Positions 34,348 to 46,388 of a stretch of DNA of 64,000 nt are shown here, piece after piece (position 1 is the first letter of the stretch; the number at the start of each line of letters is the position of its first letter). Location of the stretch: contig NC_092377.1 in assembly GCF_030028105.1 (NCBI RefSeq), forward strand, positions 96,726,865 to 96,790,864. The letters are read 5' to 3'. Under the pieces are notes generated by a model. It searched no databases. It saw nothing but the letters and a program-made list of their open reading frames with translations, and was not told where the DNA came from. The DNA is from Mobula birostris (lineage: Eukaryota). Position numbers and translations under genes: made by a program.

Positions 34348-37300
34348 GCCTTTCATTTTTTCTATTTACAACAATATGAAATCTTCGGCCTCAAAATACA
34401 AGCAATTCTAAATTATACGAATAGCAGTGTTGGCTACATCACAGGAACTTGGAAGAGGCCAATTAATTTACTTTTATCCAACGTATTCCAGTTGAGAGTA
34501 CTATTGTACACTTATAGGACAGTCTTGTATAAAATGCATTTGCATGTAAACACAAAAGAAGTCCTGCCGTTTAAAAGTCTACATTTATAAAGCCCTAAAA
34601 TATATCCAAAAATAGATGAATTTCTACTCAACACTATAATGCACATTTTAAACTACAAACAGCCCTCATTTATGAATTTCAATGCTAATACTCTGCAAAT
34701 ACAATAAAATCTGACAATTTCATATACATTCCTGCTTTATATTTTTATAGTTTTTTAAAGAAGCCACCTGTAATACTATTTTCTTTGCAAAAAAATTAAA
34801 ATGGAGATGATTACAGTAAAACAAAAGTTCTCAAGTGGAAAATGATAAGTCAGAGTGTTCTGGAATCATTCTGTTTCTATTTTACTCTCTCTTGTTCACC
34901 CATTTCCCTCCACCCAACTTGGTCCACTTCAATGTAAAATAAGACTTTTGTTCAACAGCTTAAAATGTATCAAAGTTCTGAGGTTCCAAAATATTGTACT
35001 GTTGGCTGCAAGACTTAAACAGAGGAAATGAAATAAATTATTCAGTGCAAAGTCAAATTTGTGCCATTTTAGCAAGATAAGTCTGGTGTAATGCTTAATA
35101 ACAGCATCCCTTTTGATGGCCCATATACAAGGCTGTACTTATTCTCCATGTTACAGTCATGATGACTCAAGTTTTAGACCTCATCTTCTACAGGATAAAA
35201 ATGAATAGATCACAGGATTGAAGAACAGCTCATTTGCCCGTGTTAGTGGGTTTAAAAAAAAAGGAGTGCGTCACCCACCGAGAGCCAATGGAAGGCCAGG
35301 AGTTGGAACTGCATGGAATCGGACATAGATTCTGCACAATATCCAAATACATTAGCAGCTGAGATCATGGTGTAACAAAACATAATACTGTAATAACAGT
35401 TCTTTCAGTGTACCTGTTAAAATGAAGAAAGGACTGATGCCTGTATAAATATTTTACATTCAAAGACTCACGATTAGAAGTTTTTCTTCAAAAAATTCAG
35501 GATAAAATCCATTGCATTAGTGATTTAATATGTGTTGCCAAATATTTGTACAAGGCCACAATATGGTCAGGAAAAATGAAACATATGTTTACTTGTCTTC
35601 TAAAGCACACAGCCTATAAGGACCAACAAAATGGTTGTAATCTCTAATCAACCAATACACCTGCTCAAATCCTCTGCTCAGTCCCAGGCTTTCAACAGTA
35701 CACACAGGTTCAATAACCGTGCAACACAATGTGGAGTTCATTCCAATTACTTCAGTCAGTCTATCTTATTATCTGTACCAAATACATTTCTGTAAAGTTA
35801 AACTGCAGAGTCATTTTCTTTGCAGTAAAGAATGATGCAGTGATAAACCCATCACCAAATCTAAATATTAGGTTAAAAGTAATAACATCTAAATCAACCG
35901 TGAAGTATTTTTTCTGTTGCAAAACAAATAATTAAGAGGCACGTAATCCTATGCAAAGGAAGGGAACCATCTATTTTAGCAACCCATATATTATTTTGAG
36001 TACAGAAATCCCTTAGACCCAGTTGGGAGACACTGGTTTTTAAAAAATCATGAATAAATTAAAGTCCAAATTTAATTATAGAAAACAATGTTATAATTTA
36101 GGCTCTCAATACACCATACAGACCTGAATGAGAACTTAATGGTATGGATGACAACAGACTTGCCTAGGAACCCTCTAGAGTTTTGATCATTTACAGAATT
36201 TACCTGAGCTCTTGGTGTCTTGGAAAATAATCTCCAGATTAAGTGCAAGAAAAACCCTCCATTACATAAAGTGGTGAATGCTACAGTATTATCCAAGCAA
36301 TCTATCTAGATACCTTTTTTTCTGACACCAGGAGTTGTATCCTTACTCAGCCTGTGATTTCAACAATTACTACCCTGGGTCTTGTATAAAAGATGCTAAT
36401 TATTCTCCATGCAGTCAAAACGTCAGTACCACCTCTCCCTGTCTCCTAGCCATGAATATGCACACCAGCTGGGATTTGTAGACCTAAAATACTGCAATAC
36501 TCTAGACCTAAAATTTGTAGAATTTTCTATACCACGGTTCTTCCTTTCCCCTCTCTTCACAGTTTTTATATTCCCCACCCTCAATTCCACAATTAGACAC
36601 AACCTCACTCAAAAACTTAAAGTGCGCTTAAAAGATAGTACACTTCCCTACATAAAACTAATTGCCAAGTAATGAAAACTATTTGGATCAGAGAAACAAA
36701 ATGTACATTGGACGCTTGCTTACAGGGAGCAATTTTGTTTGTTATTGTCAGAAAAAAAGTAGATGAGTAAATACTGATATTTTACTTGTTTTGAATCTAA
36801 CTTTTAATAAATGTTCATTAGACTTTTAATTCTTGCAAGTTTACATAGCTACTGGTTGAACGTAATGTCTTTGAAAATTCGTGGATTCATGGTGTATGTG
36901 AGCCTAAAATATTTTAATAATTTAGATTTTTTTCATTTACAGGTCTAAGGGCAATAATTACGGCAAGAGTTAGGCTGGGAAAATGAACATTGATTCCTGT
37001 TAAGACCTCTTAATACATTATGGGGACATAATCTCAAAATAACTACACAGATAAAATGTTGACCCAACTGTATTGGCATGAAGGGTCCAGTGCTGGTATA
37101 AAACGTGCATGCATGCCACAACAAGCATTGATAAGAATCAGGTACAACAGTGTATAAATTCATATTCATGTATTATATTCCTCTGAAGATTATAAAGGCA
37201 CAATTCAAGAGTTTCTTCAAGGAAAAGGATTTGGTCCTTTCAAAAGCATTGTCTGAAAAGTCTTTTTGGATTTGGCTACTTTTAAAATATGCGAATGCAT

Positions 37301-37651
37301 TTCCCCTCCCTCCCTCAATATTAAACATATTGGCAGTTACAACATATCTCTCAAAAGTTCATCAATCTTATCAGGCAGGAACAGGAACACTAATATTCTC
37401 TTTCTCCAGCCTTAAATTCCTTTCTGCATTCCCATTAGATGTGAGGAACTTAACTCAGAAGTTCTGGGAAAACTTTGCAACAAAAATCCAAAGAGTTGTT
37501 GGGCATAGTGGTATTTTGCTGAATAAAAATGGATATAACTGGTCCTCAGAAATTAGACCATTGGTCAACCCCAACTGATGTGATTTTGCAAAGCAGCACC
37601 CTTACAGTCAACAAGTTCAACAAAAAACAAGAACTCCAGAACTAAACTAAC

Positions 37652-37726
37652 CTCGGTCAGCGGTCACAATCCTTTGGTAAGGATGGACCCGCATATCGTG
37701 CCTTCGAACTTTAGTAGCCACTGCAC
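37652..37726 (-). CDS. QKI: QKI-5-specific exon (75 bp), (G)AVATKVRRHDMRVHPYQRIVTADR, containing the nuclear localisation signal
   Basis: aactag|GT GCA GTG GCT ACT AAA GTT CGA AGG CAC GAT ATG CGG GTC CAT CCT TAC CAA AGG ATT GTG ACC GCT GAC CGA G|gttagt. The peptide is identical to the mammalian QKI-5 tail. Confidence 0.97.
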
Positions 37727-38384
37727 CTAGTTAAATTACAACATTTCCAACACATGGTTAGAGGAATTTCCTAGGAAGTGATTGGTTAACATATCATTAG
37801 CATTTCAATGGCAGATCAAAGATGGATTTACTTTAGAAATTACAGCAAGATAGCAGTTAAAAAGTAGGTTAAGGCACAGCACCTTCATAAATCGAACTTT
37901 CAAGCAGAAGTTACTTAATTGAGTACAACTGTGCATGTTAATATTGCATTCCATTTCAAAAGACATAGTCTTAACCCATTGCTGCTATCCACTTACTAAA
38001 ATTCCCACTATATGAAATGAGATTACTCAGTTAGATCCAAGCACAATTAAATTTTACTAGTCATATAATCAGTGGAGTGCACCTTGCAGAGAAAAAGTTT
38101 TAATTCATAACACTGAATCAGTATTGACACCAGTTATTTTCTTAAAAATAAAATCTCTACAAATTTTTAAAAATTTGCAGCAATTGCTTGACCTAAAAAA
38201 TGCATGCTTAACTCAGAAACCACTAGCTAAAAATTGCAATGATGTATAAAGTAAATACCCTATACCAAGCAGGCAAAGAAATACACAGTGTGTGGTTCTT
38301 CTGGGATAGACGTGCCAAAAATGATAGGAAGAGCACTAGGCCAGAATTATAACTAATTGACCCAACTGGCTTCCAAATGTCTTG

Positions 38385-38481
38385 TGTACATGTGTATGTG
38401 AGAGAGAGAGAGTGACATATACAACACTTACTCTTACGTGCTCCCCCCCCCCTCTCACACACACACACACACATACACACA
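38385..38481. repeat. Compound microsatellite (TG / GA / C-run / CA) in the QKI-6 3' UTR
   Basis: gagagagagagag ... cccccccccc tctc acacacacacacacatacacaca. Confidence 0.85.
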
Positions 38482-38598
38482 ATGCTAGCATTTCAATGAC
38501 AGTCAGATTGGGTACATTTTGTCCATGGCTGCTGTGAAACTAAGCATTTGTTAAAGTTCAGATCTGATGAGGGTTCAGTGACATGTGTCCTTGAATTC

Positions 38599-38624
38599 TT
38601 AGCCTTTCGTTGGGAATGCCATAC
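38599..38624 (-). CDS. QKI: QKI-6 terminal coding exon, GMAFPTKG*
   Basis: ctttatctttag|GT ATG GCA TTC CCA ACG AAA GGC TAA. The peptide is identical to the mammalian QKI-6 tail. Confidence 0.96.
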
Positions 38625-39220
38625 CTAAAGATAAAGAACGGAATTAGAATTAGTCAATGGTTCATTCTATTGCTTACTAAGAAAAATGACAGGCCATTGT
38701 CATAATGACCCTTTGAGTAGCAGATGAATTTTGCAGTTGTCCTAACACTGTAAAGTGATTTTATAATATCACTTAAGAATCAATTTCTGGAAATTGCACA
38801 AAAATTCATATATTAAAGGGAGCTTCAGACATTTCTGGGCTGGTATAATGCAAGACTTCAACACTTACTATTTAAGAGCATGTAGTTTTTGTAATTGTGC
38901 TGCAGTTCCAACCCATGGTTCAAATGAAACGTTATTCCCTCACAACTGCTTTGTGACCTGCACAGTACTTTTAGCATTTTCTTATTCTATTTATAATTGG
39001 CTTGGCACAACATTGTGGGCTGAAGGACCTGTGATGTGCTGTAGATTTTCTATGTTATATGTTCTAATTTTAGGTAAGCATGATAACACATGGACATTCA
39101 CCGGTTTGTGAATAAGCTTACTGCATTTGGATCTTTACATGGCGGGCATTGCAGGGCTTCAGTTCTATTTGCAGTGTTTTAATGCAGCACATTGCACTAA
39201 TGGATGCATGGCAATATGTA

Positions 39221-40660
39221 CAGTGCCTCGTAAGAGCAATCAGCCCGCAATCTTTTTTTACATAAGTAAGAATTACAACCAGGAAATTTGATCAATTTAA
39301 CTGAGAATTTTTATTTGTGAATCACATGCTCTTTTTTTCCACAATAGAGTCCAAAAACTGGGAAATATGTAAAGCATGAAAAACTAAAAATGAAAAGACT
39401 GAAATGCCAGCAGTTCAAAATATATTATTCCCTTTGCTCAGTACTTAGTTGAACCACCTCTTGCAGCTATTACAGCCAGCAGTGTTTTTCTATTAGCTTT
39501 GCACAACTTGATGGCGCAAGATTTGCACACTCCTCCTTGCTAAATTGCTCAACCTGTGCCAGGTTAGTTGGGGAGTGGTAGTGGACAGCAAACTTGCCAG
39601 AGATGTTCAATTGAGATGTTCAGGACTCCCATTGGGCCACTCAATGACATCAATTTTGTTCATTTGAAGCCGCTCTATGGTTCCTCTGGCAGTGTGCTTT
39701 GGGTTGTTGTCCCGCTGAAAGACGAACTTCCTCTCCAGTATAAGCTTTCTGGCAGAGGCTAGCAGATTTTTACCCAGGATTTCCCTGTATTTAGCAGCAT
39801 TCTCCCTTCATCAGATTTCCATTCAACACTGCTGAAAAGCATCCCTGTAGCATGATGCTACCTCCACCATACTTTACAGTAGGGATGGTGTTACCTGGCT
39901 GATGCACAGTATTAGATTTACGGCACATGTACCACTTAGTATTGAGACCAAAAAGTTTTCTCACCTGACCACGAGACCTTCTTCTACATCTTAATAGTAT
40001 ATTCTCAGTGACACGTTGCAAAGTCTTTATGAGCAGCTCACTTAGAGTTACTGTTGGCGTCACAGTAGCCTCTCTTACAAGTGCCATTCTTCTCTGGCAA
40101 GCTCAGAGGGGTGGCCTGACCTAGGCAGTGTGGCTGTGGTTTCATATTTTTCCACTTTTTCACAATGGGCTGCAATGAGCTCCGAGGTACGTTCAGAGCC
40201 TCTGACATGGTCTTGCACCCTTCACCAGACTTTTGTTTCTCTATTGTCATTTCCCTGACTTCTCTTGAATGCTTCTTGTTTTCATTTTGGTTTGGTCTGT
40301 TGAAAATCTACCATACTGTTGGACTTTACAGAGAGAGGGAGTATTTAGTCTTATTAATTCACTGAAAACAGGTGATCCTCCAATTTTTTACATCAACAAA
40401 CTGGGTGATTAGGTAAGGTAATTGCATCTGAGGAAAGTTAGTGTAGTAATTACAAAGGCAATGAATACTTTATCAGCCTCATAATTTTGTTTTTTAATTT
40501 CTAAATTGTTGGCAGGTTTTGGAATTTTTCATTTGATTTGACATGATGCACAGTGTTTCGTAGATTAGCTCAAAAATCCTACAATATATTTTAATTTTAG
40601 AAAATGAGACAGTAAAATATGAAAATAGTTGTGGGGGCTGAATACTTTTTCAAGGCACTT
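39221..40660 (-). mobile_element. Decayed Tc1 transposon (IR/DR type), 1.44 kb
   Basis: TA-flanked TIRs cagtgcctcgtaagagcaatcagccc / gggctgaatactttttcaaggcactt, with inner repeats near 39412 and 40455. Transposase remnants: [64 protein letters not shown]. Confidence 0.9.
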
Positions 40661-43600
40661 TATATTCTTCAAGGTGTAAATATAAACATGCATATACCTA
40701 CAGATTCTTTATGTACTACCTGGCTGTAATCCAATTAGGAATAAAACAGTTTCAAAGTACTGAATTGGAAACAGAATGACCTTTTTGGATAAATTTTTAC
40801 TGCACTGCATACAGGAATTGCTGATGGGAAATATTATTTAAAATGCTGATTTGATGCTTTCTACAAATGTAATTAAAGTATTTAATAGTCCTTTCCCCTT
40901 TTAAAAAGGGGTTTTAATTTGATTAGCCCTTGATCAAAGACCTTGGGGTATGAGATAGGGCAAGTTTTGAAAATCACAGTAATAAACTGGATGGTAGGTT
41001 TTATCTCTATAAAATGTAATGTAAATGGAAAGTACTCTTATCTTATTGTGACCTTCATATCTTAAATCATTCCACATTCACTTACAGAGGTGAACAGAGG
41101 TTCAGAAGCCAAATATTACTTACATTTGTTCCATGTATATGTCCAATATGTCCATGTACAGTATATAGGACATACAGTATACATGATACAAATATAAAAT
41201 ATATACGGTGCAAATGGGGTTTTAGCAAGTTTTCTAAAGCATCAATGACCTCCACCATTAAATATATTTGTATGATTAAAGTTGGTTTGTTGGACTTGAC
41301 ATATGGTAAACCATTGGATCCCTTGCTGCCTGTGCCAAAGTTCAGCTCAATAATGTGACAAATGATGTGACAACAATCATATCAAAAAGGGTTGCTGGCA
41401 AGTTCTCTATCAATATCAGTATAGCCCCCTAGGATGCAAACAGGTGATACTGGTCCACACTTAAGCCCATTGTTCAATCACATCAGGTTTAAAAAAAACT
41501 GGGTGCAATATTCTAGATACCATTTAACCATCAACCTATACAGTGTGAAAATAGTGTCATTTGATTTATACAGTAAGCTTATATGAAAATAACTTTTTCA
41601 ACTTGCTCTGAGCTCTGTCACCAGTACTTCCCCTTGATGCCTGCTGTTATTCTGCCCTCAACGATTCTTGAACCTTTCACTTCTGTCAAGTAAGCTTAAC
41701 TCTCCCTTAAATCCACAGCCCTTTCACTCCAACTACATACTCTGATTTAACCATGTTCTAAATCTGGGAAAAACAATTAGCAGTATTTTTTTGCCCCACC
41801 CCAAAATATGCCCATATTTTTGACTGTTGCAGCTTCTTCTCTGAGAAGCTGTGTTTGGGATAATGAAGGTGGATTTAGTCCTGATCTCTATGAGGGCAGA
41901 TCTCAAAAGCCAGTTATCAGTTAGATCCACCCAATATAACTTCACATACAGTATTTAGTTGTCACTTATCTGAGTGTATTACTAGGAGCAAATTCCACTG
42001 CATGGGAGCAAGAAACGACCTCGAAGAACTCAGCAGGTTGAGGTGTGTGTTTGTGTGTGGGGGGGGGGGGTAGAAGGGTTGAGGGGAAGAAGAGCTGTTA
42101 ATTTTTTGAATTGAAACCTTGTATCAGGACTGTCCAGCATCTGCACTCTTGTTTTTCCACTATTGTTGATATTATTGCTGTTGATAAAGTGCTGTGCATA
42201 ACTTGACTGGTCTTTCAAGACACTGAGAATTTAAAAAATAAATGATTTATTAAATTACAAGTTCAGCTGTTAAAGGAAGCAGCTGATTTCATACCAAAAG
42301 GTGACTATAACTTACGGGGGGTGGGAGGGGCTTCCTCAATTTGATGATCAAAACCTAAAATTATTGGTGCATTTTGCAACAGAAAATGGTTTACGCAATA
42401 ATAATTGCAAGTTGTGTTGCAGAAGTGCAGTCTATACTATACATATCTATGGTTCTATATGAAAATACATGAATCTTTTCTGTATCAAGAAACCATAGAT
42501 TCAAAAGAATAAATGATAATAGGCCAGATCTTACTAATCTGGTGTAATGCCTCAGTTCATCACCTACAATCAGCCCATGCTGGTACTCATCAGGGCCAGA
42601 TGTGGAGGACCTTTCTTGCTAGCTGAAGCAGCCCAGATTCTTCTGGTATGTGGTATGGATGTTGGCAGGGCTTCATCCATCCTAGAAACTACACTGAAAG
42701 CTTTGACCACCAGTAAAGCTGCACGCTCAGTTTTGCTAAAAAATGTTGTGAGGGATTTTTAATAGCTTTTAGATATCTCAGACATCTCAACAGTTAGATA
42801 TCTCAACTTTTGAAATTGAAATAAATAGGGATTTTTCCCCCAAAATTCAAGGTGCAATTACCAGAACACCACAAAAAAAAAGACAAGTAATAAAACCTAT
42901 TAAACACTAATAGTTAAAAATAAAACTTCCCTTCCACTCTACCACATGCATACAGGTCCCAGACTTGCTATAGGTTAAATGAATAAACCCTTGCAGTTCT
43001 GAGCACTAACCAACAAGATCTTTCCCAATATACACTATGTTCAAAAAGGGCATAAAATGTTGTTTAATATACAGACTAATTTTACTTTCACTCTTACTAG
43101 ACATTAATGATAGTTCCATTGGAAGTGTTCATGACAGTATCCCTTCCTGCCTTTCAAGGCCCATACAATGTTGTCCTCATGATAGTATATATACACAGAC
43201 ATAGTAAACGTAGTGCTACCAATCCAGAGTTTGCCAAAAATATTTCCCAATTGTTCATATTTTCATTGAATTATATTCCCTGGAATTCAATTTATGAGTC
43301 TGAGCTTGCACATGTAAAGTCGTATTTCTGGGCTTAGAAATGATCAACAATTTTAGTTTTGTGCCCAATAGAGTAATCTCTAAAGCAAAAACCTGAAGCC
43401 TATGCACTTTCTGTGACAGGTTCTTCTTAGTGTATGCACTGAAAAACTTCTCAGCTAAATGCAAGTGTCAAGTTTAATTACATAGATGCTTTAAAAATTT
43501 CAAAGCAATTTTTCTCTGCCCTTTAATGCTGTCTCTGGTTCTTCTATCCCGGGTAATAAAGATTCATCTATAATTACAGTATATATTTAAAAGTATTACT

Positions 43601-44764
43601 TTATTTCCTTCTCTCAGAAGAATGCTGCTGCAATGGAAATAGTGTTTATCTACATTAATCACAGTCCACTCACATAGTAGGGTGAACATGTGAATGATCT
43701 GAGCTAAAATCCCTAGTAGAACTTAATGGAAATGGAAATTCATCACATTTCTGTACAATTTTTCTTAATATTCTGTTTCTGTGGCTTCTTCAGATGGATG
43801 AATTGTTGCACATTTTACATAAACATGGATGCATGAATGTTATACATTAGATTGTAGTTTGTGGTTCTAAATACTACTCTTGTAAGCCAGAGTGGATAGA
43901 TTTTTCAGTGATGTGGGTTACGATACAAAACCTTTATGTAGTGAAAGATGAAAAAGAAGATTCAGAAAGTAGAACAATACTAATGATTTAAATAGGCATT
44001 GGAGTAAATGCCCTCACTTTAAGTCAACTTTCCACAACAATGGCCGCCACATTCCATTTACTGGAATATATTATACCAAAATACCTAGAATAAATATTGC
44101 ACAGCATCTGACTTAGGAAATTTTTTCAAGGAAGACATCCCTTTCATAAGTCAAAGAATGCTGTAATACTCCAAAGTCGTTTGGTAAAAAGTGATCTCAT
44201 CTATGGAAAACTCAGACTGAAACAAACAAAAAAAAAAAATTTATTTGGATTTACCATAGCCTGCTTTGGTACACGAGTTCTTTCTATGTCGCTCTAAATT
44301 AATTGTTGATTTTTAATATACTAGTTTTCGGCAATCGGTTCTATTTATTTTGTTAGAAAGGACATGAAACAGGATTTCAAAGATTATTATTAGCCCAGAT
44401 ACCAGAGGATCTGAAATAATTTTCACGGATAAGCACTCCAATAATAAGAAGCATATTTGCGGTGCCTTATCCTTTGATACAGTCAATAGATTTCTCTTGA
44501 CATCATAAAAAAAGATATTGGTAGAGAAGAGTGTTGAAGTTCCTTGTCTTCACAAACAGAATTAAAGCATTTGATTAAATCAATAAGCTATTTTTTACTG
44601 TTGAAAAATGAATGCCTATGGTCAAAGTCACCTAGACAGAGTTGTGTGTAAAAAAACAGTTAATGTCAGGAAAGCTGAAATCTCTACTGCTATAACCTTA
44701 TTATTCTTACAGCTCTTTGTGATTTGTCTACATGCCTGCTGGGGTTGTGGGGTTCCTTCCAAAG

Positions 44765-45060
44765 GAGGTTAAGGCCCTCCTTCCCTCTTTTAGCTTGCAG
44801 ATCACCCCTGGGCAATGTATAGCACCTGCTTACCCCCTGTCAGGGTCACATGAAGCCATGGGAGCAGGTGGTGGATGATCGTATGAGCAGCTGGTACAGA
44901 TCACAAGTTTTGGCTATGTATTCACTGACACCAGGCAGACAATCTCTGACGAGTATTGGTAATGGCTGGGGTCACCAGACTTGTAAAGACACTGCCCAGA
45001 AAGTGGCAATAACAAACCACTTATGTAGAAAAATTGCCAAGAACAATCATGGTCATAACA
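44765..45060 (+). mobile_element. RTE-related non-autonomous element (5' region)
   Basis: It contains gggca...agcacctgct...cagggtcac and ...aagtggcaataacaaaccact, a degenerate RTE/BovA-like ggcaatggcaaaccact motif. Confidence 0.5.
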
Positions 45061-45507
45061 AACAAACATATGTATCTGCTAGGAGATCTGAAGTAAAGAG
45101 ATCACAACCATTTTGTTCCTAAGTTACATACACAGAGCCTACTTTGCAGAGCCTTTTAAGATAATCTCCCTTATTACTGCAGGAATAAACTGCTTGTTCA
45201 ATATCGCTACACCACCTCTTTTTCTACTCTCCCAGTCACATCATGGAATGATAAGTTGTCATACTTGCCTTCCTTTAACTATGTCATTGTGATAGCAACA
45301 CTGTGTAAAGCGCTAGTGAGTAGATGAGTGGTGAGATCTGGTGGGAGTTGATGGGAACATGGAAAGAAGAGGTTATAGAAAACATTACGGGGAGAATGAG
45401 AATTGATCAGCGAGCCAGCATGGATTTGATAAGCCAAAACTGCCACTTCATATGTTGTAAGGAAATATGTCAGAGCACTTGATGCAAACATAATAGACAT
45501 CCAAAAG

Positions 45508-45733
45508 AACAGGAATTCTGCAGATGCTGGAAATTCAAGCAACACACATCAAAGTTGCTGGTGAACGCAGCAGGCCAGGCAGCATCTGTAGGAAGAGGTG
45601 CAGTCGACGTTTCAGGCCGAGACCCTTCGTCAGGACTAACGAAGTCCTAACGAAGGGTCTCGGCCTGAAACGTCCACTGCACCTCTTCCTACAGATGCTG
45701 CCTGGCCTGCTGCGTTCACCAGCAACTTTGATG
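45508..45733. mobile_element. Fold-back hammerhead-bearing element (226 bp) in QKI intron 6
   Basis: 13-bp TSD AGACATCCAAAAG (45495-45507 / 45734-45746). The 91-bp inverted arms 45547-45637 and 45643-45733 have 2 mismatches and a 5-nt loop. Confidence 0.92.
45602..45637 (-). ncRNA. Minimal hammerhead ribozyme motif (intact core, on the QKI sense strand)
   Basis: AGTC-CTGACGA-AGG(GTCTCGG)CCT-GAAAC-GTC-GACT. Confidence 0.78.
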
Positions 45734-46388
45734 AGACATCCAAAAGTGTTTTCTGGATCTGTGAATGGCGTCAAGTACTTTAAAGGTCTCATGGTCTTCA
45801 CCTTCCATGACAATGTACTCATGGAAGGCAAAGACCAGGCTGAGATGCAAAATGAGTACTTCAAAGACTTCGCCAAGTAAGGAGATGCTGCTGAAGCCTG
45901 GGCAGAGGAAGACATGGTCAAAACACTGGATGGGCCACACACTGACGAACAGCAAGTATAAGAATTGTTGAAAAGCATGTAGTGTATATTTTGGTGGGAC
46001 AAATGAGAATAATAATATACACTAGAAGGCACATTGCAAGAACAGAATGATAAGTATATAAAATATGCTTAAAGTAGCAGGGCATGTAAAGAGAGTGGAC
46101 AAAATTGAAAAGAAGAACAAGAGACTCAAGAAGAATTATTATAATACACTGATTTGACAGAAATTGGAGTAGTGTCCAACTGACTGCCATGTTTTAGGAA
46201 AGTTGCAAAGACTAGAGGGTGAAAGAAGATAAGTTACAGTGATTCCAGGAGTGAGGGACTTTATTTTATATCAATACACTGGAAAATGGAAATGATCTCT
46301 TCAGTGTCATAATCATTTTGAGATTCTGCAAAGTGTTTATACAAAATGTGTGATCTCTTATTTTGAACATTCCTCATGAAGGGATCAG

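Noticed and set aside
37150-37578. 142-aa plus-strand ORF antisense to QKI
   Set aside because: Non-ATG start, AT-rich UTR composition and no recognisable domain.
39115-39170. Possible QKI-7 remnant (GCA ATG CCC GCC ATG, similar to EMPVM)
   Set aside because: It is preceded by an in-frame stop and has no pyrimidine tract. The frame joined to exon 6 gives an unrelated peptide.
44900-44975. HDV-like ribozyme in the RTE-related element
   Set aside because: RTE 5' ends can carry one, but I could not build the nested double pseudoknot from this degenerate copy.
45508-45733. Pre-miRNA hairpin
   Set aside because: The near-perfect 91-bp stem, the TSD and the multi-copy arms show it is TE-derived.
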